A stretch of DNA of 64,000 bases from Protoeuglena noctilucae (lineage: Eukaryota), in assembly GCA_958009085.1 (NCBI GenBank), contig OY253668.1, positions 496,001 to 560,000 on the forward strand, given 5' to 3'. Positions 37,701 through 49,327 of this stretch are shown here, piece after piece. Each line of letters begins with the position of its first letter. The stretch's first letter is position 1. The notes beneath the pieces were generated by a model. The model worked only from the letters and a program-made list of their open reading frames with translations. It made no database searches and was not told where the DNA came from. A program made the translations under genes and the position numbers.

Positions 37701-40700
37701 TGCGGCTTTGTTAAAGCAGGGGGAGGCTCTCTCGCTGCGAATGAGGTCGCTGATGGCGACGCTGGGGGAGGCGACCGGTGGGGACGATGATGACGTGCCT
37801 GGCGCCCATTGCCAGGGGCAGGCTGGGGAACAGACGACCAGCGGGGACAACGACGATGCGTCTGGGGACCAGTACCAGGGGCAGGCTGGGGAGCAGGCGA
37901 ATGACATTCCCGCAGGTCCGGGCGTGCCCTCGCCTGCCCGCATCGACGGTGCGGTGACTGCGACTGGACATGCAGCTGCCCAGAGCGTTGCTGTGGTCGT
38001 CGTCGATGCTGGGCTGCCTGCGGATGTGGGGGGGCCATCCGGGGACGAGGGACGCCTGCTGGACACGGGGCCTCGCACGCCGCCGCCTTCGCCTTCGCCT
38101 GTCTCTCTCGACAGATGCTTGGATGCCAATGACGCATCGGACGCGAACCGCGCGCGCGTCAGCGACGACCACGTCGACCCAGCAATGGCTGACAATCACG
38201 CAAGCGATCATTCGACGCCCATGGCGCCATCTTTCGCTCCTCATGGGCCCAGCGAGGGTCAAGGGGCGCCCTGCGTTTTGGACAGTGTCACTGTGGGCTC
38301 AATGGAAGCCTTGCAGACAGCACTGTCGACGCCTGGCGCGCCTGTGGGGGTTGTTGAGCCCTGCTTGCGACTGCCAGCGGAGCTGGCTAATGCAGGAGAG
38401 CGGGCAGTGGGTGCTTCTGCTGGGATGGGTCAGCAGGGAACGCGCCAAGCGTCCATGACTGTCCCAGAGATGGAGCCAGGTGAGGCAGCGCCGTGCTTGC
38501 CTGCCCCTCCGATGACGGCCAAGCCGACTGTTGGTGCACCAGACCATCGCGTCGACCCTGATGCCCACGCAGGGCTCCTGGCGTCCCCGACTCGTCCCTC
38601 GCCCACCGGCGGCATCCAGCTCTCGAGGACGCCTCCCATCGTCGCGCCAGGCAGCGCCCCGTGCATCACGGCAAACGCGCTCTCTTCGCTCCCAGCGACA
38701 CCGATCGGCGGCGACTGCGCCCCGTCGACCGAAGTGGCCCCGACCGCGGCCTCTAAAGTGGCCGTGCTCCCAGCTACGACCACCCCGGGCACCTCCGCTG
38801 CCCCGGTGCACCACGCCGCCACGTTCGGCAGCCCGCTGGAGGAAGAGGAGGGTGCGGACGGCGACGTGTCCTTCGACCAAGCGCTGCTGGGGCGGCCCTC
38901 GGCAGGGGCCAGTGGTGCGCAACCAGTGGCTGTGTTCCCGGACCTGGGGACGCCGCCAATGGGCGTGGACGGCAACGAGTCTCCTCGCGACGGCCACTCG
39001 GTGCTTCCCGGAACCTGGGGCGCGCGTGGCACGTCACCAAGGTCACACGGCACGCCGGCGAGGGGTTCGGATGGGATGGCTGGGGAGGGCCGCGGGGTGG
39101 CCGAGGGCGGCAGTCAGGACGAGGCGGCCCAGGCGCGGCCGGCCTGGCCTGGCTTCGCGTCTCCCCACACGTGGTCGTGCCCTTCCCCGGGCGGCGAGGA
39201 CGAGCATGCCGACCGCACTCCGAAGAGTCGCACGCCAGCGGGCCCCGCTCCGACAAGCTGCACCCCGACATGCCTCGCTCCGTCGGGTCACACTACGACG
39301 GGCCCCAAGGCGTCTTGGGAGCCCACGCCCACCGCGGCGGCATCGCGCCAGGGGACACCTGCTGTGCGGGGGCCATCCCCTGGGCCCAGCCGCGTACCTG
39401 GCACTCCAGAGGGTCCCTTAGCAGCGGAGGGCAGAGTGCCATTGGCACGCGATGGCAGTTCCACGTCTGCTATCGCCACACCCACCCAAGCCCCGCCTCC
39501 GTCCACCACGCCCCTCCAAGGCCCGTCACGGCCTATCACACCAACCCAAGTCCTGCCTCTGTCCACTACGATGACCCCCGCCCTTGACGATGGCATGCGG
39601 GCGAGGGCCGTGACCCCAAGCCCGCGCCGAGTGCACGAGGAGGAAGCGGGTCCTGCTATGCAGCCCACGCCTGAGCCTCGGTTCGCTCCGCGGAACATCG
39701 AGGGCAGTGGCGCGTCCGCAGATGCCGCAGCGGTCACCACCCTTGGTGTCAGGGATGACGACGCCCCTGGGCCTTCGGACCTTGGGGCCGAAGATGACCC
39801 GCAGACTGTGGCTGATCTCGCGGGGGCCGCCGTCGCGGCCTTGTCTGGGGCGGGGGCGGCGGGCACGAGGGCCCTGGAGGACCTGGCCGGGGCCGTGCAG
39901 AGGAGCGCGCGGGCGAGGCGCGTCGTGGCGTCCGGTGCGGCTGCGGACGCTCTCTTCCGCGCGGTGCGCGCCAACGCCCGCGTCGGGGGCTCCGATGCCG
40001 ACCGCCGCGCTCGCCGGGTGTGCCTGCTGGCGCTCACGGTGTTGGCGCGTGTCGCGTCGGACGACGCCCTGGCCTCGCTCCTCCTGGCGTCGCCCGAGAG
40101 CATCCCTGCGACAACCGAGGCGGCGCAGCTGTTCCGCTTCGACTCCGACGCCCTCTCCGCAGCCCTGGCCCTCCTCTCCCGCCTCGTCGCCGACCCCGAC
40201 AGGGCCCGGCGCGCACGGGGCCGCCTGCGGGGCGGCGACGGCCTGGGCAACCTGCGCACCGTCTGCGCCGTGCTGGCCGCCATGGCGCGGTCGCGGGAGG
40301 TAGAGCGGCAGTTCTACGCCATCCTGGCCCGCAGCGGCGCGGGCGGGGGCGACGCCGGGCCCGCGGCGGAGGCGGCAGCACATGAGGCGCGGCTGGCCGA
40401 GGAGGCGACGACCCTGGGGGCGCAGGTGCAGGCGCTGGGGGCCGTGCTGGAGGCCCTGGGGGCCCAGGCGCCGACGGGCGGCACGCCCCTCGCGGCACGG
40501 TCGCCCGCCTCCCCGGCATCGCCCGCCAGCCCCGGGCCAGCGTCACCGCTCGCGTCGCCCGAGGTGCGGTCGGCCGTGCGGCACCTGGCGGACCTCGCGG
40601 ACCGCTCCGTCGCGCGGCTGGGAGCCCATGCTCAGGGTTCCGCACCACCTGCGGCAGTGCCGGCGCCGCCAGGCCCCGTGCCGGTGCGCTCCGTGGCAGC

Positions 40701-40938
40701 GCCGGCGACGCAGCACCGTTTGCCCGAGGCTAGGGCCGACCAGGGCAGGCGGGGCCTCATGGTGAGCGACTGCATGTGTGGCTGTGCTGCTGCTGGGGCA
40801 CTTGAAGGCTCTCCCTCTCGTCAGAATGTACACGCGTAAACTGTCCTCACGCCCCGCCCGCAGGCATCCCGGCTGCCGACCTTCCGACCGACCGTGCCGA
40901 GCACGGGCGACCAGATGTCACGGGGCGCACGCCGTTAA
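28768..40938 (+). CDS. ASPM: Abnormal spindle / ASPM-like protein (ASH domain, CH domains, IQ motifs, C-terminal ARM-like region)
   Basis: ASH-like VSFGKVH|LGSTATRTLVITNPS; ERAFVPWVNHL; LLSYDPFW|LALGMEVV; GEGD-like NEGDPVRLL..GY; LSDGVRLVRLAETL..GDLERTLGLLW; CH2 LLRWAQAVCAGHGVPVHDLSVSFADGRALCALLHHY; several IQxxWR motifs; helical C-terminus. Confidence 0.85.
37781..37897 (+). repeat. Imperfect two-copy tandem repeat (about 63 nt) inside the ASPM giant exon
   Basis: GDDDDVPGAHCQGQAGEQ / GDNDDASGDQYQGQAGEQ; the string ccaggggcaggctgggga occurs twice. Confidence 0.7.
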
Positions 40939-41186
40939 CATAGCTACTAGCGCGCCTTAGATGGCTCCAGCTAGGTTGTCGCACGACTGCAATGTTTCTG
41001 ACCTATGCCACGCTGTTCACTTCGCGATCCTCCTTGAACCTTATGCAGCCATCCGTGAATGGGGCTGGGCACGACAAAAATGGAAAGGTCGGGGACGCAT
41101 GTGCGAACCGCGACCGGCAGCTTGCAGTATGCCCCATGCTGCAGCTGCCACATAGGGGCCTGAAGCAATGCGCATCCGTCAGACGA

Positions 41187-42712
41187 TCAAGACTTCCCCA
41201 GGGCGGGTGCTGCGGCCTGGCGCGCGGCCCTTCGCCGCGCAGCCTCGGCCTGCATGTCTACGATGATGTCCTCCACGACCTTGGCCGTGATGCGGCGCAC
41301 CCATTTGTCCAGCGGGGGCGGCGGGGCCAGGGCCGGCTGCAGCGTCTGGCGCAGCGTCACGAGCGACGCCGTCGGCTGCTGGCGGCGGGCGAAGAAGTGC
41401 GTGCTCGACGCCGGGATGTTGGCGAGCGCGGCGGGGATCCTCGGCAGGCGCGCTTGGGCCTGCAGGTCCCGCAGGTGGCTGCCCAGGCGGCGCCAGGGAG
41501 GTGTGTTGCTCTCCTGCAGAAGCAAGGAGCGGGGGTTGAGTTTCGATCCGTTCTCTCAACGGCACACACAAAGAGAACGCGCGGTCCCACAGCATGCGCT
41601 CTCCCCCTGCTCTTCTCGACCCATACAGCTACGCTCGTGCCTCAGTGCTGCCCTCCAAGCCTTGCCTGCGTCGGCTCCGGTGCCTTGAGGTTCTTGCGCG
41701 TGAAGCCGTCCACGTACTCCCGCTCCATGGCCACCGCCTGGCGGAGGCTGGCGTCCGTGAAGGGCAGCATGCACCACTCGCCCTCAAAGACGCGCATGAA
41801 GCCGGGGTTCAGCAGGCGGAAGGAGATGGAGTGGTCGCGGCGGTTGAGCACGGTGCGCATGTGCACGGTGAATGCTCCGCTGCGGGGACGGAGGAGCTGA
41901 GGTAACACGACTGGAGCATCAAGGGAACAGTCGGGTCGCATGTGCTGCACAGCGCCAGCCGCTGTGCTCCCCACTCGCCTGAACATGAGCAGCCGCCACC
42001 TGCCCTCCTGCTCCTGGTCGATGATCTCCAAATGGCCCTCCCTGCGCCGAACGGTGTTGCGCACCTGCAAGGGGTGGGCATGGGGTGGGCACGGGGTGTA
42101 ACCTGGCACGCGATGCTCTACCCTGCACCCCTCTGCGCCCCATGCCACGCAGCCTAGCCCGCGCACCGTGTTTGGCGAAACGTTTCTAAAGTACTTGTAG
42201 TTCATAGGATCCGTCAATATATCAAAAGCCTCCTCCGGCGAGCAGTCGACCTTGGCCTTCACTTGGACCACGCAGAACATGCACTTCGGGGACCACACCT
42301 TGACCGACTGGTCCCCGCTCGCGTAGGATTCGAGCTCGCCATCGTGCCCGCCCGCGATGCGGGCGCCCCCGCGCAGCCGGGAAGCAGTCACGGAGCCCAG
42401 CGGCGCGGGAGCGTCTCGTCTCACAGATGGACTGCACTGCTCGGCCAGGCGGGGAACCCTCCCCGCCCGAGGCGCGTCCTCTATGACAAACTCCATCGCG
42501 TCGCATGACCCGCGGTGCCCCTTCGCCTGCTTCGTGGGGACGGCCCACGGGCCCAAGGAGACGGCCCCGAAAACCCGGCCCCAGGAGCGCGGTGGTGCAA
42601 AGGAGAAGGACGCGGCCTGGCTCGTACCGGCCTCTGACGAAGCAGGGTCCGTCGCGGGGAGCGCGAGGCCCCGGACGACGAAGCGGCCAGCCGCTGGGCT
42701 GCCCCCCGTCAT
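41187..42712 (-). CDS. START/SRPBCC (polyketide cyclase/COQ10-like) domain protein
   Basis: CVVQVKAKVDCSPEEAFDILTDPMNYKYFRNV, QEQEGRWRLLMF, ISFRLLNPGFMRVFEGEW and LVTLRQTLQPALAPPPPLDKWVRRIT. The 5' end is uncertain and an upstream exon is possible. Confidence 0.72.
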
Positions 42713-43746
42713 CTCCCCGAGCGGCGCGCCGGAGCGGCCCGCTGCGAATGGAGGAGGATTGGTCAGGATGCAGACCCTCAACGCTTGGTATCGTATGCGC
42801 ACAGCGTGGGCTCGACAGGCCTGCGGGCCTGCCACACGAGCTCGCTCGCAGCCTACGTCGCAATAGCCCGGCGTCGAGCGACGTACCGCTGCCCGTCGCG
42901 CTCTTCAACCTAAGAGAGCCGCCTTATTGGCTTCGACGGATGATATCTGATGACCAGCACGAATTGCGGGGCAGCCCTCCTGACCCCCCTGTTTGGACAG
43001 AGCAGCCAAAATTGAATGACGCAGTTGGCCTGCGAACAAGTCGATTGGAGCTGTAGTGCCGTCGTGCTGGCCGAAGGCCGCTTCATCTGTACACGTCGGT
43101 TCTGACGACTTGTAAGGGACCTCCTCTCCGTCCACGCCCTGCAGCACGGCAGAACTGCGCTCATTTGAAGCACGCGTTCTTCGCTGTAGAAAGCGCGCGA
43201 TCGGCGGGGTGACTCGGGCAGGTGCGGCATCGGCTAGCCATGATGCGTCCGGTCCTCGGGAAGGCGCTGTGCTTTCCTTACCTGCTTGCACGGGAAACCC
43301 CGGCGTGGCTCTCTCCTGGCTCCTTGGCGTGCTTGGGGACATGCTTGACTGTCGCGCCCTGGGGCCGCCCGGACCGGGGCTCTTGGCTAGGCTGAGGCTC
43401 TGCCAGCGCGTTGACTCTGCAAACGGACGCGTTTCATGTACCGCTTGCAGGTGTCGAGCCCCCTTTCGCCCAGGGAGTCGCACGCACTGGATCCCAGGTG
43501 AGCACCCGGGAGGCGCCCGGGGGTCGTCACCGTGGCGACCAGCGTCATCTTAGATGCCCCAGCGAGGCTGCCGGTTCCGGCTGGCGCGGCTCGCCCACCT
43601 TCCGGGATTGTATGCAACAACGCCGCCAGCTGGACTGGGCCTGTCTGGCCCGAACGCGCCTTTCCCAGGCCCCCGCAGTACGGCTACTGCGTAAAGGTCG
43701 ACTCGCCGCACCTGTGGGGCGGCCGGCCGCTGGCGCTCCCTCGACG

Positions 43747-46166
43747 ATGTCGTGCCTGAAGCTCGGGAAGCGCAACAGCGGCTCCGACACGGGCATCGCG
43801 CCGCCAAAGAAATTCGATAGCTTCTTAGGCGCGTTTGCAAATCGTCGGCAGGTGGGTCGCCCGCGCCGCGTGCCTCTCCGCGCGGGCCTTCCTGCCCAAA
43901 GGGGTCATATCGCATGCCCTCTCCCGCTGCTCGCAGAAGAGCAACTCCCAGGCCGTGGTCCCGAGCTCCGACGCATCTGTAGACGAAGGAGCGAGCGGCC
44001 AGAGGCGCGGCGCGCAGGGCGCACAGGTCGAGAAGCCCGGGTGCGTCGCAGCTTCCCTTCCCCTCGCGCGCGCCGATCCGAGGCCGGGGTCGCGGCGAGC
44101 GGGCTTTCGAGCGCCGCTCCACGTCGCTGCCTCGCAGGGAGAGCTCGACGGCGAACGACCTCGCTCAGACGACCGCCATTGACAAGGTGCGAGGGATCCC
44201 GGCCAGCGCAGTGCAGTCTGAGGCCCGCCCATCGCAAGTGGTCGTGGGGACTCCCCGGGGTGCAGAGGGCGCGACGTCCACGAGCGGCACGGGCGAGCGG
44301 GTGAGGAGCGCGCCCCGTCCTGGGCACCCGGCGGCGCCCACACCTTGGTTGCCGCCGTCGAACGCACAACCCGCATACCTCCACAGGCTGGGGTGAAGCG
44401 GATGTCGGCGAGCAATCGCGGAGATGACGAGTCGGGTGCCAAGGGACACGAGGGATCGCCCGCGCAGGCGTGGGAGGCCGGGGGCCCCGACCTGCACCAC
44501 GACATGTCGGGCCTGCACGCGCGGCCCAAGGCTCGCATCAAGCTGACGGACGCCGAGGTGCTGTCGAGGTACACGCACGGCGACACGTCGGCGCCGGACC
44601 CGGAGGAGCCGCCCTACTTCGGCGTCTGGGCGCTGCAGGGGAAGCGCACGGCCATGGAGGATGCGTGCACGCTCATATCGCACATCGCGGGCCTCGTCCA
44701 CCGCGCGCCGTCGGGCATGCGGGACATGGTGCCGGCGCCACTGGCCAGTCTGTACAGCCCGGAGCTGGCCCGCAACTCGGACGGCGACCCTCCGCCGCGG
44801 GCGCGGGCGGGGGCCGAGGAGCCGGGGACGGCCGACGCGCCCGTCGCAGACACGGACCGGGAGAGCATCCATTTCGTGGGGCTCTTCGACGGCCACGGGG
44901 GGGAGTGGGCGAGCCAGTACTGCGCCAAGGCGAGCGGGGGCACGTGGCGTCGATGCAGTGCGTGCGCGGAATGCGCCCTCGCCAGCTTGCTGATGGTGCC
45001 GCGGCGCCTCCCTGCGGCCCGCAGGTGCTCCACATCCACTTCGCCAACCGTCTCCGGAAGCTCGTGATGGAGGGCGAGAGCGCTTGCAGCGACCCTTATG
45101 ACCCCGAGCGGTTTGAGGAGATGGTGGGGACGGACGCGCGGGAGGTGGCGCGGCAGGAGGGAGGGGTGGCACAGTACGGGGACTTCCGGAGCATGACCAT
45201 CGGCGCGGGGGCCTCCCAGCGAGCGATTGAGTCGATGGGGGAGCGGCCCGTGAGCGCGCCCAGCTCCGAGCATGGACCGGATGGCGCGCCCGGGCGCATC
45301 GCGGCGCTCGAGATGCGCTTTGTGCGGCCCAGGTGAGCGGTCGCCGCGGAGGACCACGAGATGCTCGCGCGCGTGTTGGCGGTTTGCGGACGCGCCAACC
45401 ACGACCCCTTGCCTGCAGAGTGGACACGGTGCAGGACGGGGTCACGCGGCGGACCGAGCCGTGGATGATATGCGATGCGCTAAGGATGGCGTTCTTAACG
45501 ACCCACATAGGCTTCCGGCAGCAGAAGGCCTGCGAGCTCGTCGGCTCGACGTCGGTCGCCGTTGTGTGCACGCGCACCCACCTCTACATCGGTGAGACGG
45601 CAGGTCGCGGTGCTTCCAGAACGCATCCGCGGTGCGGTGTCCGCTCGCCGTGGCGCTCAGAGGCCCTCTGCTCCCCGCTCGCAGCCAACTGCGGGGACTC
45701 GAGGGCGGTGCTCAAGCGCGGGGCACGCGTGCTCCCGCTCACGTGCGACCAGAAGCCGGCGCGTCAGGACGAGGCCGACCGGGTGGTGGCGGCCGGGGGC
45801 AAGATCTACATGACGGACGGCTACCGCATCAACGGCGTGCTGGCCATGACCCGCGCCATCGGGGACGTGGCGCTGGAGCGGGCGGGCGTGGTGCCCGACC
45901 CCGAGCTGACGGTGCTGGAGCGGTCGGACGAGGACGAGGTGATTGTGGTGGCGTCGGACGGCCTGTGGGAGGTCATGAGCAACGACATGGCGGTGGACAC
46001 GGCCTGCAAGGCCATCGCCCGGGTGCAGCAGAAGGGCCACACCCGCAACGTCGGGTGCAAGCACGCCGCCAAGGTCATCGCCAACCACGCCCTCAAGGTC
46101 GGGTCCTCGGACAACATCTCCGTTGTGGTTTTGGACCTGAAGAAGTCCAACTGGCAGTGGCAGTGA
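43747..46166 (+). CDS. Protein phosphatase 2C (PPM family)
   Basis: QGKRTAMEDA, FVGLFDGHGGEWASQYCAK|VLHIHF, GSTSVAVV, ANCGDSRAVL, DQKPARQDEADRV, GVLAMTRAIGD, VASDGLWEVMSN and GSSDNISVVV. Confidence 0.93.
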
Positions 46167-46413
46167 CAGATGCTGGCATTGCTGCGCTCCTCTCTTTCCC
46201 TGTTATCTCCTCGTTCCGCGCCACCTAGGAGAATAGCATGTGTGTCATGCCGAACTCTCTAGCATGGTGACGACATGCGTGCCTCGCTAGCTCTTTGCTC
46301 CGCGCTGTGACAGAGCTTGTGAAGTTCTAGGAGTCACTCGACTGCGAGCATGGCGCGTCGCTATGTAGTCGTCAAGAGAAGCTGATAGATTGGACGTCGG
46401 ACGAGTCTTCGCA

Positions 46414-49038
46414 ATGGAGCGCAGGCCTGCCCCGTTGAGGGGCGGCATGGGGGCATTCCTCGTCCTCCTCCTCTTCGGAGTCGGCGCTCTCTCGTCGCCA
46501 GACATGTTCGCGCCTCCACCGGTAAGTAATCATCGGCGCGCAATCGCAGAATCGGCTTCTCTGCGCCCAGCATATGGCACGTCGGGGCCTTGCACTCCAG
46601 CGCGGAAAAGCGCCCGACTAAAGCAATTTGCAATCCCACACTTTTCGCAGCCTGTTCTCGATACCTGGACGAACGAGTACGTGCAATCTGCCGAGCTACA
46701 GCGGCGGATGCGAGCTCGGGAGGCCGAGATGGTCGTTGCACACTGGGCACCCTGGGCGGCCTACTTCATCGGCTACTTCGGGGCCAGGTGACCTGACGCG
46801 ACGTGGCTTTTGTTTCTCAATCCGTCTGATCCCTATCGATCCATGCGCTGTACGCATTCACGGATCCCCATCGCAGGCCGCTGCCAGCCGACGAGGTGGG
46901 CGGTGCGACGTACGGGCTCGACAACTGGACGTACGGCGCATCTGCTGCCGACGTGCCTCCCCTTCACGGCATGTCCGGCAACGTGCAGTTCTCCTGCCCC
47001 GACCCGGTCACCGGCAGGACCTCCCCACGGCAGCGCATCGTGGCCTCGCCTGTCAATGCATGTGAGCCACACGGGCATGGCTGGAGTTCGAATGCGCCCT
47101 ACAGGGGCGGCGCATCGTGCACGTATCGCTCTCAGCCTGCCTGGAGAGGGTGTGCGACGACCCGGCAATGGCCTTAGCCACCAGCACCTATCCCCATGCC
47201 TTTCTCCCGCAGTGGCAAAGGCGGTGAGGGGCGCAGGTGCGCGTGTCGTGGGTTCAACGCACCTCATCCGCGCTTTCGAGCTGGGAAAGACCTTCCGCGG
47301 GCTTCCATGGAAGCTCAACGCGGCGGCCCGTGCGGCGCCCTTCCCGCTGCCCTTGCCCAAGGCAGGCCGTCGCTCCCACCCGCACCTGGCCCTCATGCCC
47401 CGCGACCCCGCTGCCGCCGCGTCTCTCGTCGTGCACTGCTGGACCCCGCACTTCGAGGCCAGCCCAGACCCCACCGCTGCGCCCGGCCCGCTGTCGGCGC
47501 TCCTGGTTCGCACGGCGCTGGCCAACGGCGTGCCCCTGTACGCCCGGTCCTATGACTGGCGGCCCGCTTCCCCTCTCTCTGGCACGGAGGCCGAGTTCTT
47601 CCGCATGCTCTCCACGTTGGAGCTCGCGGAGTTGCTGCCTGACGAGACGGTGATGGTGGACGTGGACACGTGCGCGGGGACGGCGGTGCTCGCTGGAGTG
47701 GAGGACATCCTCGAGAAGTTCCATGCGTTCGACGCGGACATGGTTCTATCGGCAGAGGTGAAGTGCAAGGCCTGAGTGGAGGCCAAGCCCGGCTGCTGCT
47801 TCCTGTCAGATGGCTCTATCGCTGCACGCTGCTGACCATCTCCGCAGGCCGCCTTGCGACCGGACGGGGATGCGGAAGGGGCGCCTGCGGCAGAGCGGTT
47901 CCGCAACCTGCACAGCGGCCCTCAGCCCTACCCCTCCGCAGCCGTCATCGTTGCCTACGCCGGGGCATGGAAGACCCTGGGTGCTGCCTTCCTCCCTCAG
48001 CTCCAAGCGCTCTACGGGTGAGATCCCATGCGCCATGACTCATCCGTTCTTAGTAACACTCTCTGCGCACCATTCGATACATCTAATCCTCTCGACCAGC
48101 GTTGCCCCATCGTTACTCCTTCTCACCCCCGCAGCTCCTGGATGATCCCTGAGTGCCTGGCGCCAGCCCCGGGCAGCGCCCCGTGCCCCGCCGTCTCGTC
48201 AGGACTGAGTCAGCACCGCGGCATGCAGAACCTGGCGCTTGCCATGTCGGTCCCAGGGAGCAACCAGGGTGGTATCGCGAAGCGCAGGGTGGCGGTGGAC
48301 CACGACTCGCGGCTGTCCTACGTGCTGTCCCCTGACCGAGGCAAGAGGGCGTGGGAGCACGGCCTGTCGTGCGTCCTCCTGCCCAAGGGACGGCCGCTGG
48401 TCCAGGAAGGCAAAGCACGATGCCGCCAGCCCGAGCAGCCGGCTGGGGGTGACGGGGGCGCTCAGGGGCAGTCCGGCAACCAGGGAGCGTCGGGGACTGG
48501 CGGCAGCAACGGTGGTGACAGTGGCGACGGCAGCGGCGGGGACAGTGGCAGTGGCGGCGGCAATGCAAACGGAGAGCGGCAGAGGACATGGGACGAGGAC
48601 TGGACCTTCGACACCGATGCAACGGTGGCCTCGCTCTCGGACGCGGGGCTTGGAGCAGAGGGCCGGAACTCCACGGCCCTTATACGTGAGTTGCTGCCGA
48701 CCATACTCGCGAGCGATCAGGCCATGGATAGTACTAGTTGTCCTGCACCTGTCACGCTGTGCTTGCTTCTTGACGCAGACCATCCCGAGGCAAACAAGGA
48801 GGAGACGCCGAGCGAGCCCACGGCCCGCCCGGTCTGCCGCTACCCTTGGCGGGAGGCGGCGCTGGAGCTGCAGAGGCGCATGCCATTTGCGCGGTGCACC
48901 GTGGGCGGACTGTCCCAGCCCGTTCTCCTCCATGCCCCGGCAGGGTCCCAGGAGGCCCTCACGGACGCCCTCCAAAGCCTCGGCATGGCGGGGCGCAGTC
49001 ACGCCGCCGCCGCATTCGAGGGATGCTCCGCGGTGTAG
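46414..49038 (+). CDS. Secreted/type II membrane protein with a divergent PLOD/procollagen-glycosyltransferase-like domain
   Basis: N-terminal hydrophobic stretch (AFLVLLLFGVGALS). LPDETVMVDVD..VEDILEKFHAFDADMVLSAE|..PYPSAAVIVAYAG..VAVDHDSRL resembles the PLOD GT core (ILxKF..adivFSAE..YLNSG.FIGYA..LD..S.L). Ends with TAG. Confidence 0.5.
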
Positions 49039-49327
49039 TGCAAAGTATCAACCATGCGAGTTCCCACGCTGTCCATGCTGAGCGCCGAGCTGGCTTCGCA
49101 CCCTGGTGGTGCGGCCTTGGGTGCCAGAAGTGACGACAGAAGCCCTATCTAGACATTGTGAAGTGGCTTGAATCAATGTTGCGTGCCCGAGACATGAGGA
49201 TCCGTGAGACGGGAACCCAGCACAGGGGCCATGCTCTACCCTACACCATACACAGTATGGTGAACCTCTCACATAGATACATCACACAGATATGGTCCAT
49301 GCATGCATCTGCAGCAAAGCACAGGTC

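Noticed and set aside
44187..44230. Apparent intron with a non-canonical CAA acceptor in PP2C
   Set aside because: The segment reads through in frame (VRGIPASAVQSEARPSQVVVG), so no intron is needed.
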